Source: Myxococcota bacterium
GTDB lineage: Bacteria > Myxococcota_C > UBA6777
Direction of reading: 5' to 3'
DNA length: 64,000 bases
Assembly: GCA_023150835.1 (NCBI GenBank)
Contig: JAKLKB010000007.1
Coordinates: 1-64,000, forward strand
Shown: piece after piece, positions 9,039-18,778 of the stretch
Layout of the letters: every line of letters starts with the position of its first letter
Numbering within the stretch: position 1 is the first letter of the stretch
Notes under the pieces: generated by a model
Seen by the model: the letters and a program-made list of their open reading frames with translations, nothing else
What the model was told of the DNA's origin: nothing
The model's database searches: none
Position numbers and translations under genes: made by a program

Positions 9039-10559
9039 GTGGCGAAAGAAAAAAATAAGGCAGCAGCGGAGAATGCAGCAGGTGGCGAGCAAAGCGGTGA
9101 GTTCGAACAGGTCGATGATGATGGGGACTTTGCTGCGCCTGACGACGATCTCTTTGGTGATGTCGAAGAAGTAGACGAGCTTGACGACGATATGGACGAG
9201 TTAGACAGCGACGATCGCGATGACTTGGCGATCCCGCGCCGCGCCTCCGAAGAAGTCGGGCGGATCAAAGAATTTCTCAGCAGTATCTCGCGGGTCCGTT
9301 GCGAGCGCTACAACGCAAACCTGACCGTCATCGGTTGTCATCGTAAAAAAACATCCACACCACAACGATTAAAAAACCGCACGTCTCCCGAAGATGATAA
9401 CATCCAAAATCACCCTTGCTTTGGCTGTTTGGGACCGATCATCATCAACTGGCCCGAAGGCTCTCTCCCGATCACCTTAAAAGCACGCGAACGCCGCCCT
9501 GTGATCGTTCATCCCCTACACGAAAACGCCATGCTCTCGCTGCGTCCGCGACGTGAAGAAAGCCAGCCCCCTTCCACAAGTTCCGCTTCGTTTGGAGGCG
9601 AACCCATCAACTCGGCCCCTGTCTACCTCAAGCCCCCCAACGCCCTGCGCAGCACAGGCGCGATCCCCACCGCCACGCTCCCCCGCCCCTCCGCAACACC
9701 CGCAGCCAAAGCCGCCAAAACCGCACGACCCAAGATCGACGCCGAAGTCGAAGAAGATTACGACGCAAGCGATATCTACGAAGATGTCGAAGATGACATG
9801 GATCTCGGCGGGTTGGAAGACGAGGTCGGAGCCGAACCACTCGAAGACGAAGACTTAGGCGCGATCGGCCTCGAAACCGAAGAAGACTCGTCCGATGACT
9901 TTGGCGACGAAAGCTTCGCAGAAGACAACGACGAAGACGCCGTCGTGGCCAAAGCCGCCAGCAAGAAAAAACCCTCGGACATCCGCGCCAAAAAACAGAA
10001 AGACCACGAAAAAGAGAAAGGCAAGGCTCCGAAAAAAGACCACGAAAAAGAAAAAGCGCCCGACATCCGCGCCAAAAAAGAGAAAGACCACGAAAAAGAA
10101 AAAGCGCCCGATATCCGCGCCAAAAAAGAGAAAGACCACGAAAAAGAAAAAGCGCCCGATATCCGCGCCAAAAAAGAAAAAGAGAAGCTTCCTATCCAGA
10201 AAGAAACCATCGACGAGGATGAAGAGGCCGCTTCCTCCAGCGAACATCTGGTAGACGGGGAACATCCTCCCTGCACGAGTTGCGGAAAAGAGTATACCCC
10301 GAAGTATTGGCGTGGTGATGTTTGCAACGCTTGCTATGCCAAACAACTGCGAGAGCGCAAAAAAACCACCGAAGAAAAGCCTCCACGCAAAAAGAAAGAA
10401 GCCCCCACAGAAGTCGAACACCCCCCCTGCACAAGCTGCGGCAAAGAATACACCCCAAAGTATTGGCGTGGCGATGTCTGCAACGCTTGCTATGCCAAAC
10501 AGCTTCGAGAGCGCAAACGCTCGGAAGATACGGGCGCATCTTCGGATAGCGATGTCTGA
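9039..10559 (+). CDS. Hypothetical acidic, low-complexity protein with two Cys4 zinc-ribbon modules
   Basis: Long ORF with a GTG start at 9039. The duplicated EHPPCTSCGKEYTPKYWRGDVCNACYAKQLRERK differs only at synonymous sites. The stop overlaps the ruvX start. Confidence 0.85.
   Translation: MAKEKNKAAAENAAGGEQSGEFEQVDDDGDFAAPDDDLFGDVEEVDELDDDMDELDSDDRDDLAIPRRASEEVGRIKEFLSSISRVRCERYNANLTVIGCHRKKTSTPQRLKNRTSPEDDNIQNHPCFGCLGPIIINWPEGSLPITLKARERRPVIVHPLHENAMLSLRPRREESQPPSTSSASFGGEPINSAPVYLKPPNALRSTGAIPTATLPRPSATPAAKAAKTARPKIDAEVEEDYDASDIYEDVEDDMDLGGLEDEVGAEPLEDEDLGAIGLETEEDSSDDFGDESFAEDNDEDAVVAKAASKKKPSDIRAKKQKDHEKEKGKAPKKDHEKEKAPDIRAKKEKDHEKEKAPDIRAKKEKDHEKEKAPDIRAKKEKEKLPIQKETIDEDEEAASSSEHLVDGEHPPCTSCGKEYTPKYWRGDVCNACYAKQLRERKKTTEEKPPRKKKEAPTEVEHPPCTSCGKEYTPKYWRGDVCNACYAKQLRERKRSEDTGASSDSDV
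10060..10185 (+). repeat. 48-bp in-frame repeat (PDIRAKKEKDHEKEKA, ~2.6 copies, with partial copies upstream)
   Basis: Visible in both the protein and the DNA. Confidence 0.85.
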
Positions 10560-11001
10560 GCAAAACGGGATGCGATACATGGGGTTGGATGTCGGCTCCA
10601 AGACCATCGGAGTTGCGGTCAGCGATCCAAGCGGCTGGCTGGCACAAGGGATCACAACTATCCAACGCACTACCCTATCCCGTGACTTTTCTGCGTTGTC
10701 CGCTCTCATCCAAGAATACAATGTGGGTTGTATCGTGGTCGGAATGCCCTACACCATGGACGGGTACGTCGGCCCGCAAGCCGTCTGGGTACAAGGATTT
10801 GTGGAGCGCCTACAAGCTCACCTCCCAGAGATGCCGATCAAAACGTGGGACGAGCGCTTGTCTACTTATGCCGCCGAACAGCCGCTGTTGGAGGCAAAGA
10901 TGCAACGCCACAAACGCAAGGCCGTCATCGACAAACTCGCAGCAAGCTTGATCCTGCAAGGCTTTTTGGACGCGGAAGTCGGAACAGAGGCTCCGCACTA
11001 A
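10552..11001 (+). CDS. ruvX: YqgF/RuvX pre-16S rRNA nuclease (Holliday junction resolvase-like)
   Basis: Motifs MGLDVGSKTIGVAVSD, VVGMP, WDERLST and IDKLAASLILQGFLD. It precedes mltG, as is common. Confidence 0.95.
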   Translation: MSEQNGMRYMGLDVGSKTIGVAVSDPSGWLAQGITTIQRTTLSRDFSALSALIQEYNVGCIVVGMPYTMDGYVGPQAVWVQGFVERLQAHLPEMPIKTWDERLSTYAAEQPLLEAKMQRHKRKAVIDKLAASLILQGFLDAEVGTEAPH

Positions 11002-11062
11002 GCGGCCCTTAAAAGAAAAAGTCCATCTTCTTTTCGACTTTTTGGATGGAGACGATCAAAAA

Positions 11063-12556
11063 ATGAACGCGAAAGCGACACAATGGCTGCGGTTGGCCAA
11101 ACGACTGCGCGAACACCCAAGCCGACGTGGCGGCGAGGCTTCGTCGAGATCACCGCAAACGTGGACAAAAGAGTTCTCCGACGCGGAGATCGTGGACTTT
11201 TTGGAGACACGCAAAGCAGCGTTGGCGACGCCTGACGGTTGTTTGCGCCTTGAGGTTGAAGCGGTGTATCAATCCGTCTTAAGCTCTCCCGAAGACGAAG
11301 AAAAGATCTTGGAGCAAGCAGGATTTTTACAAGACGAACGCCGACAACAAGCGCTATACCGCCACGCAGAAGACTACACACGCGAATTAGAACGCCTCGC
11401 CACCCAACAAGAGCGCCTCGTCCAAGCAAACGCACCGACAGGCTTCGGGCGGTTTGTCAAGCTGTTGGTGTTGTTTGTGGCTTTGATCGGGATGAGCGCA
11501 GGAGGTTGGGTGTACCTCCAAGTCCAAGGGATGCGCAGCTTTCTCAAGCGACCAACAGGGGCCAGCGATCTCAAAGGCGAAGTGATCGTCGAGATCCCAC
11601 GCGGCGCAACCGCCGAATTGGCGATCCAAAAACTCAAAGAAGCCCGACTGATCGAAGATGAAGCGCGCTTTCATTTGTTGACTCGGTTCTACCGCGTGTG
11701 GAAGTCTGTCTTGCCCGAACTGAAAGATAGCGGAGAGGTGGTGGTCCGCGCAGGGCGTTACAAGATGAAAAGCGATCTCACCCCCTTGCAGGTCCTCGAA
11801 GAACTGCGCAAAGGCCCACCACGCTTTTCTGTGCGCGTCACCCTGCCCGAAGGATTCAACATCTGGAAGATCGCTGCACGCCTCGAAAGTCGAGAGATCT
11901 GTCGCGCCCAAGACTTTTTGCGCTACGCCCAAAATCCCAGTTATGTCAGCCGCTTGATTGGATGGCAGGCTCCTTCCGCCGAAGGTTACTTGTATCCCGA
12001 CACGTACAAGTTCCACAAAAATAGCGATGCCCAAGAAGTGTTAGCGCGGATGCTTCGACGTTTCCAAGAAGTCTTTCGCAAAAACTTTGCCTCCGCCTTG
12101 CGAGAAAAAGAGTCGATTCGTGGCATGGCATGGGATCCCCATAAGCTCGTCACACTCGCCTCGATCATCGAAAAAGAAACAGGCAAAGGGTTTGAACGCC
12201 CGCAGATCTCGATGGTTTTCCACAATCGCTTGCGTCGAAACTGGAAGCTTGAAACCGATCCCACCGTCATTTATGGACTGATGCCAAACTTCAACGGCAA
12301 TATCACCTCAAAAGACCTGCACAATCCCCATCCCTACAACACTTACAAGCATCGTGGCCTTCCGCCCGGGCCGATCGCAAGCCCGGGATTTGACGCGATC
12401 CGTTCAGCGTTGTTTCCGCGTGCCAAGCGCACTTGCATTATCTTCTTTGTTTCCAAAAACGACGGAACCCACGTCTTTTCCTGCACCAAGCAAGAACACG
12501 AACGATGGGTTGATATCTACCAACGCAAGATCCGCCGCCCCCCTCCAAGAGAATAG
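11063..12556 (+). CDS. mltG: Endolytic transglycosylase MltG with N-terminal extension
   Basis: One TM segment, then EGYLYPDTY, LASIIEKET, LETDPTVIYG, PYNTY and GLPPGPIASPG. Confidence 0.95.
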   Translation: MNAKATQWLRLAKRLREHPSRRGGEASSRSPQTWTKEFSDAEIVDFLETRKAALATPDGCLRLEVEAVYQSVLSSPEDEEKILEQAGFLQDERRQQALYRHAEDYTRELERLATQQERLVQANAPTGFGRFVKLLVLFVALIGMSAGGWVYLQVQGMRSFLKRPTGASDLKGEVIVEIPRGATAELAIQKLKEARLIEDEARFHLLTRFYRVWKSVLPELKDSGEVVVRAGRYKMKSDLTPLQVLEELRKGPPRFSVRVTLPEGFNIWKIAARLESREICRAQDFLRYAQNPSYVSRLIGWQAPSAEGYLYPDTYKFHKNSDAQEVLARMLRRFQEVFRKNFASALREKESIRGMAWDPHKLVTLASIIEKETGKGFERPQISMVFHNRLRRNWKLETDPTVIYGLMPNFNGNITSKDLHNPHPYNTYKHRGLPPGPIASPGFDAIRSALFPRAKRTCIIFFVSKNDGTHVFSCTKQEHERWVDIYQRKIRRPPPRE

Positions 12557-12820
12557 CCAAACATCCAAAGAGGCCGATGCTTGGGCCTTCGTAAGTGGTA
12601 TAAAAAAACAGGCCGAGGGTTGGGCTTTTTTGCGTAGCCGACGGTTTTTCAGCAGGACACGGCCTTGGTGATCTTGGAGGGAATAGTCAAGAAGCATCGT
12701 GCGTTTCAGGGCTGTGTCGTGTTTTTTGTTTTGACAGCGAGGTTCTGGCGAGAAAGCTTGGCCTCGCTTTCCATAAAGTCGTTCGCCTGCGAAATCTTTC
12801 GCCGAAAAGGAGAAAAATGG

Positions 12821-13870
12821 ATGACGCGATCTCGATGGAGTCTGGTGTTGTGGCTGGTTGTTGTGGGAATGGGCTTGGCAGGGCGGGCCAGCGCGGATGA
12901 TCTGGCAGGGTTTGAAGCCCGCCGCCTACCGAACGCAACGTTGAAGGTGTTGCCCAACGGGACAGATGAAAAAGCAGAAGCAACGCTTGTTCCGATGGCT
13001 TCGCTGTTTGGGAAGCCGATCGCCGTCTTGTATTGGAAAGTGGGCGATGCCAAGGCCGAAACAGAACTCAAAGCTTTTCAAGCCTTGCAGCATCTGCCCA
13101 AACTCAAGGATAAACTGCATTTTTTGACCGCCGTAAAAGCGTCTTCGGCTTCAGAAGAGCAAGCCGCGATCAAACGCGCACGAGAATTAAAGCTGTCGGT
13201 GCGGCTGGTGTTGGATCGCGATCAGATCGGGCCTTACCTCGAAGCCTTTTACCAATTCCCCCGCTACGGCTTGATCGACAAAACAGGCGCGGTCAAAGTC
13301 TGGCATTGTGCGCATCTTGCCGAAGTCGTCGGCGCAGGGATGACCTACCTCCAAGCCCTCTACGTTGCGGCAGAAGGCAAAGATATCCCAACCATGCGCG
13401 GCACAACACAGATGAGCAACTCCCACCAACTCATCGGAAAACCCTTTCCTGATGTTGGTTTGGATGGCGTCGATCTCAAGCCCCGAACGCTCAAGACGTA
13501 CTTCACGCCCGGACGTCCTTTGTTGATCGCCTTTTGGTCAGCCACATGCGCGCATTGTCAACGCTTGATCCCCGCTCTGGCCAAGTACTGGAACCTGCGT
13601 CGCGGCAACATCGATCTGCTGACCATCACACGCGCCCCCTCCCAAGAACTCCGCGAGATGATCGTCAAACAACAAAAAGAAAAAGGCATCGAATGGCCCG
13701 TCGCTTACGCTCCTGAAAACGCAACATTAAGCTTCTTCAAGATCGTCAAAGTCCCCACCGTCTTTTTGATCGATCAAAAAGGCGTCTTCCGCTACGTCTG
13801 GATCCAGCCCGAAGATGCTTGGATCGACAAAGTCATCGAAACTTCCTTCGCACGCTTCAGTATCTTTTAA
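12821..13870 (+). CDS. Exported two-domain thioredoxin-fold (TlpA/redoxin-like) protein
   Basis: Signal peptide ending ASA. The C-terminal domain has FWSATCAHC and VPTVFLID; the N-terminal domain is similar but lacks CxxC. AAGGAG SD site. Confidence 0.8.
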   Translation: MTRSRWSLVLWLVVVGMGLAGRASADDLAGFEARRLPNATLKVLPNGTDEKAEATLVPMASLFGKPIAVLYWKVGDAKAETELKAFQALQHLPKLKDKLHFLTAVKASSASEEQAAIKRARELKLSVRLVLDRDQIGPYLEAFYQFPRYGLIDKTGAVKVWHCAHLAEVVGAGMTYLQALYVAAEGKDIPTMRGTTQMSNSHQLIGKPFPDVGLDGVDLKPRTLKTYFTPGRPLLIAFWSATCAHCQRLIPALAKYWNLRRGNIDLLTITRAPSQELREMIVKQQKEKGIEWPVAYAPENATLSFFKIVKVPTVFLIDQKGVFRYVWIQPEDAWIDKVIETSFARFSIF

Positions 13871-13871
13871 C

Positions 13872-14085
13872 CCCCTCTGCTTCGGCCTCTTTCAAACCCT
13901 CTCTGCTTCAGCCTCTTTCAAACCCTCTCTGCTTCGGCCTCTTTCAAACTCCCTCTCCGCTTCAGCCTCTTTCAAAATCCCTCTGCTTCGGCCTCTTTCA
14001 AAATCCCTCTGCTTCGCCTTCTTTTCATCCTCTCCGCTTCGGCCTCTTTTCATCCTCTCCGCTTCGGCCTCTTTCAAACCCCCCT
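13872..14085. repeat. Degenerate ~25-29 bp intergenic tandem array, ~8 copies
   Basis: Core ctct(c/g)..gcttc(g/a)gcctctttca repeated head to tail with no spacers. Confidence 0.9.
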
Positions 14086-14173
14086 CTGGTTGGGGACTAG
14101 ACGCAGCGGCCTCTTTGTGCTTTTTGTCAGCGACGACGATCATGTCTTGGGCGACAGCAGGCGAGGAGAAACG

Positions 14174-16558
14174 ATGCGCAGAGGGAAAAAGCGACCGATG
14201 GTTTGGTTGTATGTCTTTGGTTGGGCGTGCAGTTTGTGGGCTTGTGAAGAGGAGCGCTTTAAAGTCCCCGTCGATGCGCAAGAATTGCCCAAAGACGTCG
14301 CCACTCGTTTCCGCGCCGAAGGTTTATGGAAGCCGAGGCCACGCCCACACACCTCCACGCCTCCGACCGCGCAACTCCCCTCACCTCCCAAAACCCCCAC
14401 GCCTCCGACCTCGCAACCCACCTCGCGCCACAGCACCACCCACCCCACATCCTCGGCTCAACCAAGCACCCGCCCTGCCCCGCTTTTTCCAGCACCACTT
14501 CGTCCGTCTTTTGCTGGCTTCCCTCGCCACGCCTCGATCAACGATCTCGCCCGCTACCCACGCCCAAACTTCCGACTCGAACCGACGTGGGGACACGGAG
14601 ATCACGCCGCTGCGTTGGCCGTCTCGCCTACAGGCGAAGAAGCCCTGACGGGCGGTACAGGACGCGTCCTCTTGCGTTGGTCTCTGCGCTCCAAACAACG
14701 CACCCAAACCCTGCGCGGCTTTTCCGATCCGATCCGTTCGATCAGCTACGCCCCCGATGGGCGGCGTTTTGCGGTGCTTGAAGGCACGCACACCGTCTCG
14801 ATCTGGTCACAAGCAGGAGAGATGTTGCAACGATGGCGGCACACAAACTCCAAGGCTCTCGATCTGCGCTTTGTTCCGATCGAAGATCAGTTGCTCATCC
14901 TCTCGGAAGATGGGGCCTTATCGTTGTGGAAGCCCAACGGCCAACAGATCTGGACGCTGTCCCCTTGTGCAAAAGCAAGCCGCCCGCTCAGTTGGGCCGT
15001 TCAATCCATGCAGCGCTGGTTTGCGGTGGGTTGCAGCGATGGTCTGCTTTGGCTTCGCTCTTGGGAAGCGGGAACGCCCGTCACAACGCGATTTTCAACC
15101 GCGATCACAGCTTTGGCGATCAGCGAAGACGGAGGGCGTTTGGCCGCAGCAACGGAGGACACCCAGATCCACACTTGGGATGTCGACAACAAAGGAGCCT
15201 TGCGTCCGTTGGGTTCGAGCTATGGGCATGTTCGGAAGATCACGCAACTCCAATGGTTCGCCGACGGCCAACGCCTTCTCAGCGGCGGAAAAGACAGCAT
15301 CCTCGGGATCTGGAAGATCACAAGCCAAGGGTTGCACCTCGAACCCTTTCTCCAACACACCGACGAGATCCAAGGGGCGGCATACCACCCCATCCGCAAA
15401 GAGATCGTAAGCCTCGATGTCACGGGTATTTTGCGAACATGGTCTTTGCAGGGAAAACAATTATTTGCCTCAAAAAGACCGTCGGCAGGAGGCCGCAGCC
15501 TCGCCTTTTCACCCGACGGTCGCTTTCTGCTCAGTGATGGCGAAAAAGGCACCGCCGCGTTGTGGAATATGGAGGATGGGCAACGCTTGTTGGCGCTCAC
15601 AGGGCTGCCCTTGCACGTCACGCAAGCCCTTTACGCACAAGACGGAAACCATCTGATCACCATCGATCCGTACAATCTGCTGTTTTGGGATATCCGCGCT
15701 CGCCGACAGATCGACGTGATCCGCGCTCCCAAAGACGATCAGATCGTGGCCGTTGCACGCGGCTACGACTGGGCACAAGCCTTCTACGGCACCACACACA
15801 GCGGTGTGTATCTGTGGACCATCGCAGGACAACGCTTGCTGTATCGACATGCCGCACCGCAGCGCGTATCCGCCGTCGATCTGCATGTGGACACGCGCAT
15901 CGCAGCCGCCGGAACAGCCGAAGGGATGCTCTACCTATACAACCTCGGACAATACCAAGTCACCAAGACGCTCGCCCTCCCAAAAGGCCCGATCAACGGG
16001 CTGCGCTTTTCGCCTGACGGAAAGACGTTGCTGGTCTGGGTAGACCGAACCGCCTCGATCTACAGCGTACCTGCGCTTCAACGCCTCTATCATCGGTCTT
16101 TTTCGAGCCCGTTGCGTTCAGCCAGCTTCTTCCCCAAAGCCGACCGCATCGCTTTAGGCCGCGAAGATGCGCGTTTGGAGATCTGGCACCCTGCGCAAAA
16201 CAAGCACACCGCTTGGACTGTTTGTGAAGGCGCACTCCAAGATATCGCCCATGCCCCCAAACATCCGTATCTTGCGATCGCTTGTTCGGAAGGTGCTGTG
16301 CGGCTGTGGTCTCTCACCAAAGCGTCCGTCGTTTGGACGGGTTGGCCCTTGCCCGACAAAGACTGGTTGTCTGTTAGCGCAGAAGGTGAGATCGCAGCCT
16401 CAAGAGGAGGCATCGGCTACTTCTTTTTTTCGGATACACGGCATCTGTTGACACTCGACAGCTTTGAAGGTGCATGGCTAGACCCCAAAGCCCTACAACG
16501 ACGGATGCAATCGCACTTCGCCTTCCCCCAAACCAAGAAGCCTCCCCTGCCTCGCTAG
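14174..16558 (+). CDS. WD40-repeat beta-propeller lipoprotein with Pro-rich linker
   Basis: Lipobox LWAC and many GH..WD-like repeats (SYAPDGRR, AFSPDGRFL, RFSPDGKTL). GAGGAG SD site. Confidence 0.88.
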   Translation: MRRGKKRPMVWLYVFGWACSLWACEEERFKVPVDAQELPKDVATRFRAEGLWKPRPRPHTSTPPTAQLPSPPKTPTPPTSQPTSRHSTTHPTSSAQPSTRPAPLFPAPLRPSFAGFPRHASINDLARYPRPNFRLEPTWGHGDHAAALAVSPTGEEALTGGTGRVLLRWSLRSKQRTQTLRGFSDPIRSISYAPDGRRFAVLEGTHTVSIWSQAGEMLQRWRHTNSKALDLRFVPIEDQLLILSEDGALSLWKPNGQQIWTLSPCAKASRPLSWAVQSMQRWFAVGCSDGLLWLRSWEAGTPVTTRFSTAITALAISEDGGRLAAATEDTQIHTWDVDNKGALRPLGSSYGHVRKITQLQWFADGQRLLSGGKDSILGIWKITSQGLHLEPFLQHTDEIQGAAYHPIRKEIVSLDVTGILRTWSLQGKQLFASKRPSAGGRSLAFSPDGRFLLSDGEKGTAALWNMEDGQRLLALTGLPLHVTQALYAQDGNHLITIDPYNLLFWDIRARRQIDVIRAPKDDQIVAVARGYDWAQAFYGTTHSGVYLWTIAGQRLLYRHAAPQRVSAVDLHVDTRIAAAGTAEGMLYLYNLGQYQVTKTLALPKGPINGLRFSPDGKTLLVWVDRTASIYSVPALQRLYHRSFSSPLRSASFFPKADRIALGREDARLEIWHPAQNKHTAWTVCEGALQDIAHAPKHPYLAIACSEGAVRLWSLTKASVVWTGWPLPDKDWLSVSAEGEIAASRGGIGYFFFSDTRHLLTLDSFEGAWLDPKALQRRMQSHFAFPQTKKPPLPR

Positions 16559-16606
16559 TTGGTATGACTCCAACCTCTTCTGCCTCGCTGGTTGGTATGG
16601 CTCCAA
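16547..16606. repeat. Direct repeat with 33-bp period, 2 copies, across the WD40 gene stop
   Basis: ctgcctcgct(a/g)gttggtatg(a/g)ctccaa at 16547 and 16580. Confidence 0.85.
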
Positions 16607-16935
16607 AACGCGAACGGATAGGCTTTCTCGGGTCGTAGAGTGGAGGCTTTTGAGGGGAGCCGATTTTCTTGCGTGTTTGCCGTAGCATCGCCACCCTTTG
16701 AGACGTCAGGATCAACGTGCAAAGGTTGGGACGAAAAACACAAGCCCTCGAATCGTTTGGTTTGGGCCTTGCATCTATGGAAAAGGTCGAATGTATGCAC
16801 CACAAGACGGATGCTCGGAAAGAAAACGACCCCACCGCACGCAGCAGCAAAAAGAACGAACAGCTCCCTGTCTCCCCACAAGAGAGCGCAGGTTCTTTCG
16901 CAGGGACCGATGGATGCGCCCCAAAAGGATCGACG

Positions 16936-17640
16936 ATGGTAAACCAGCTTAAAACCAACCTATCCCTTGTTGAATCGACCCAAGAAGACGCCATTCTTCA
17001 TCTTGTCGAATACTACGCAGAAACCACCCTCCCCACCGAGTTTGGGATCTTTCGCGTTGCAGTGTTTCGTGAGCGCAAAACAAACAAAGAACACCTCGCG
17101 ATCATCAAAGGCGAGATCCAAGGCTCACGCGACTTGTTCGTACGCATACACTCCGAATGTTTAACGGGCGAAGTCCTCCACTCGCTAAAATGCGACTGCA
17201 AAGATCAGCTTCATGCCGCTCTTGCGCTGCTGAACAAAGAAGAACAAGGGATGGTGATCTATCTGCGCCAAGAAGGCCGTGGCATCGGCTTAGGAAACAA
17301 GATCCGCGCCTATGCTCTCCAAGAGCAAGGATTCGATACTGTGGACGCCAACCGCGCATTGGGCTTTGGGGATGATCTGCGCACTTACGATGTCGCAGCG
17401 GCGATCTTGCGACACTTTGAAGTCGAATCCGTACGACTCGTCACCAACAACCCCCTCAAGATGCAATCTCTCCAACGCTTCGGCATCCCCGTGAGTACAC
17501 GCGTTCCGATCTATTGCTTGCCGAACTCTCACAGCCTCCACTACTTCGAGTCCAAAACAGCACGAATGGGACACCTGTTCGATCGAACCTTCTTGGAGAC
17601 CTCACGCGAAACACTTCAGGAAGACCAAAAGAAAAACTAG
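16936..17640 (+). CDS. ribA: GTP cyclohydrolase II
   Basis: Motifs VRIHSECLTGEVLHSLKCDC, YLRQEGRGIGLGNKIRAYALQ and LVTNNPLK. The start is uncertain (ORF open from 16717). Confidence 0.95.
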   Translation: MVNQLKTNLSLVESTQEDAILHLVEYYAETTLPTEFGIFRVAVFRERKTNKEHLAIIKGEIQGSRDLFVRIHSECLTGEVLHSLKCDCKDQLHAALALLNKEEQGMVIYLRQEGRGIGLGNKIRAYALQEQGFDTVDANRALGFGDDLRTYDVAAAILRHFEVESVRLVTNNPLKMQSLQRFGIPVSTRVPIYCLPNSHSLHYFESKTARMGHLFDRTFLETSRETLQEDQKKN

Positions 17641-17671
17641 GTATCGCGAAAAGAAAACGCGCCAAGGTTTT

Positions 17672-18778
17672 CTAACGAGAGCCTTGTTGTTGTGTACGGC
17701 TGACTTCTTCCAAAAGCTGCACCAAGTCTTCGCGACGAAGCTGTCCGCGTGCGACCATCAGATCGAGCAACCCACGGATGAGGGTGCGTTGTTCTTGAAG
17801 GCGCGATCGGACGGCCTGTTGAAGTTCGTGGATCTCTTTTTTGTGCTGCTCGCGAAGTTGGTTGATCTGTTCTTGGAGGGCCGCCCATTGGGCGTCGTGA
17901 GCGTGGGGAGTGGGCGTCGTGAGTGGACGGGATGGCCCAAAGGTCGCAGGAAGCCCAGAGTAAGAATGCGGATCGTGATCGACGCGCTGAGAAGCGTTTG
18001 GAACGCCGCTGACCTCTTCTTCGAGAAAAGAAGAACCCGAGATCCAATCGTCCTCGTGCGTCTGGATCGGAGGGTTGTGCGAGGGGGGTTGTTGTGCGTA
18101 ATGGGGAGGCGGAACAGGGCTGCGAGGCGAAAGATGCGCAGCCGCCGTCCCCACCGTCGCTGGGGCGGCCCCCAAAGAAGGAACCGAGTGGTATGAGGCG
18201 GGATGACGTGGAGCGTTGGTGTGTGGGATCTCATGGAACGAAACCCCCGAAGGTGCGCGGCCTGAAGCATACGCGCTGGCTTGGCTTGGATCGGGAAAAG
18301 CATCGGGAACAACACGCAAGACTTCTGCGGTGCTTTCGCCATAGAAATAGATGCGCACAGCCCGTCGGATCGCCGTCACTCCCCCCACGAATAATTGAAG
18401 GTCCATTCCTGCGGCTTGGTGGACTTCTTTTAACACATGTTGTTCGGTGGGATCGCTCATCGCGACTTGCAAGAGACCACGGGTGCGCTCCATCCCGACA
18501 GGCAACAGATCATAACGCTCACACAGAGCAACAGGGACGCGGCGCAAGGCGTCAGGGTCGATCTGCCTCATCCCATCGAGCGTTGCGATCGGAAGGCGCA
18601 GTTCGCGGCTGAGGGTCTTGACAAGAAAGTCTTCACGAACGAGACCCATCTCCACAAGCAGAGGCGCAAGACGCCCTCCCCATTGTTGCTGCTCTTGGAA
18701 AACGCGGTTGAGATCCGCAGAAGAGAGGATGCCCGCTCTTCTTAGGATATCGGGGATTTGACTCGCTTGTACGCGCAT
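17672..18778 (-). CDS. Stand-alone MshEN/GspE N-terminal (T2SSE_N) domain protein without ATPase
   Basis: ILRRAGILSSADL..EQQQWGGRLAPLLVEMGLV and LQVAMSDP, then a Pro/His-rich linker and a C-terminal coiled coil. Confidence 0.85.
   Translation of the reverse strand: MRVQASQIPDILRRAGILSSADLNRVFQEQQQWGGRLAPLLVEMGLVREDFLVKTLSRELRLPIATLDGMRQIDPDALRRVPVALCERYDLLPVGMERTRGLLQVAMSDPTEQHVLKEVHQAAGMDLQLFVGGVTAIRRAVRIYFYGESTAEVLRVVPDAFPDPSQASAYASGRAPSGVSFHEIPHTNAPRHPASYHSVPSLGAAPATVGTAAAHLSPRSPVPPPHYAQQPPSHNPPIQTHEDDWISGSSFLEEEVSGVPNASQRVDHDPHSYSGLPATFGPSRPLTTPTPHAHDAQWAALQEQINQLREQHKKEIHELQQAVRSRLQEQRTLIRGLLDLMVARGQLRREDLVQLLEEVSRTQQQGSR

Noticed and set aside
16600-16935. FMN riboswitch upstream of ribA
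   Set aside because: No RFN consensus is visible.
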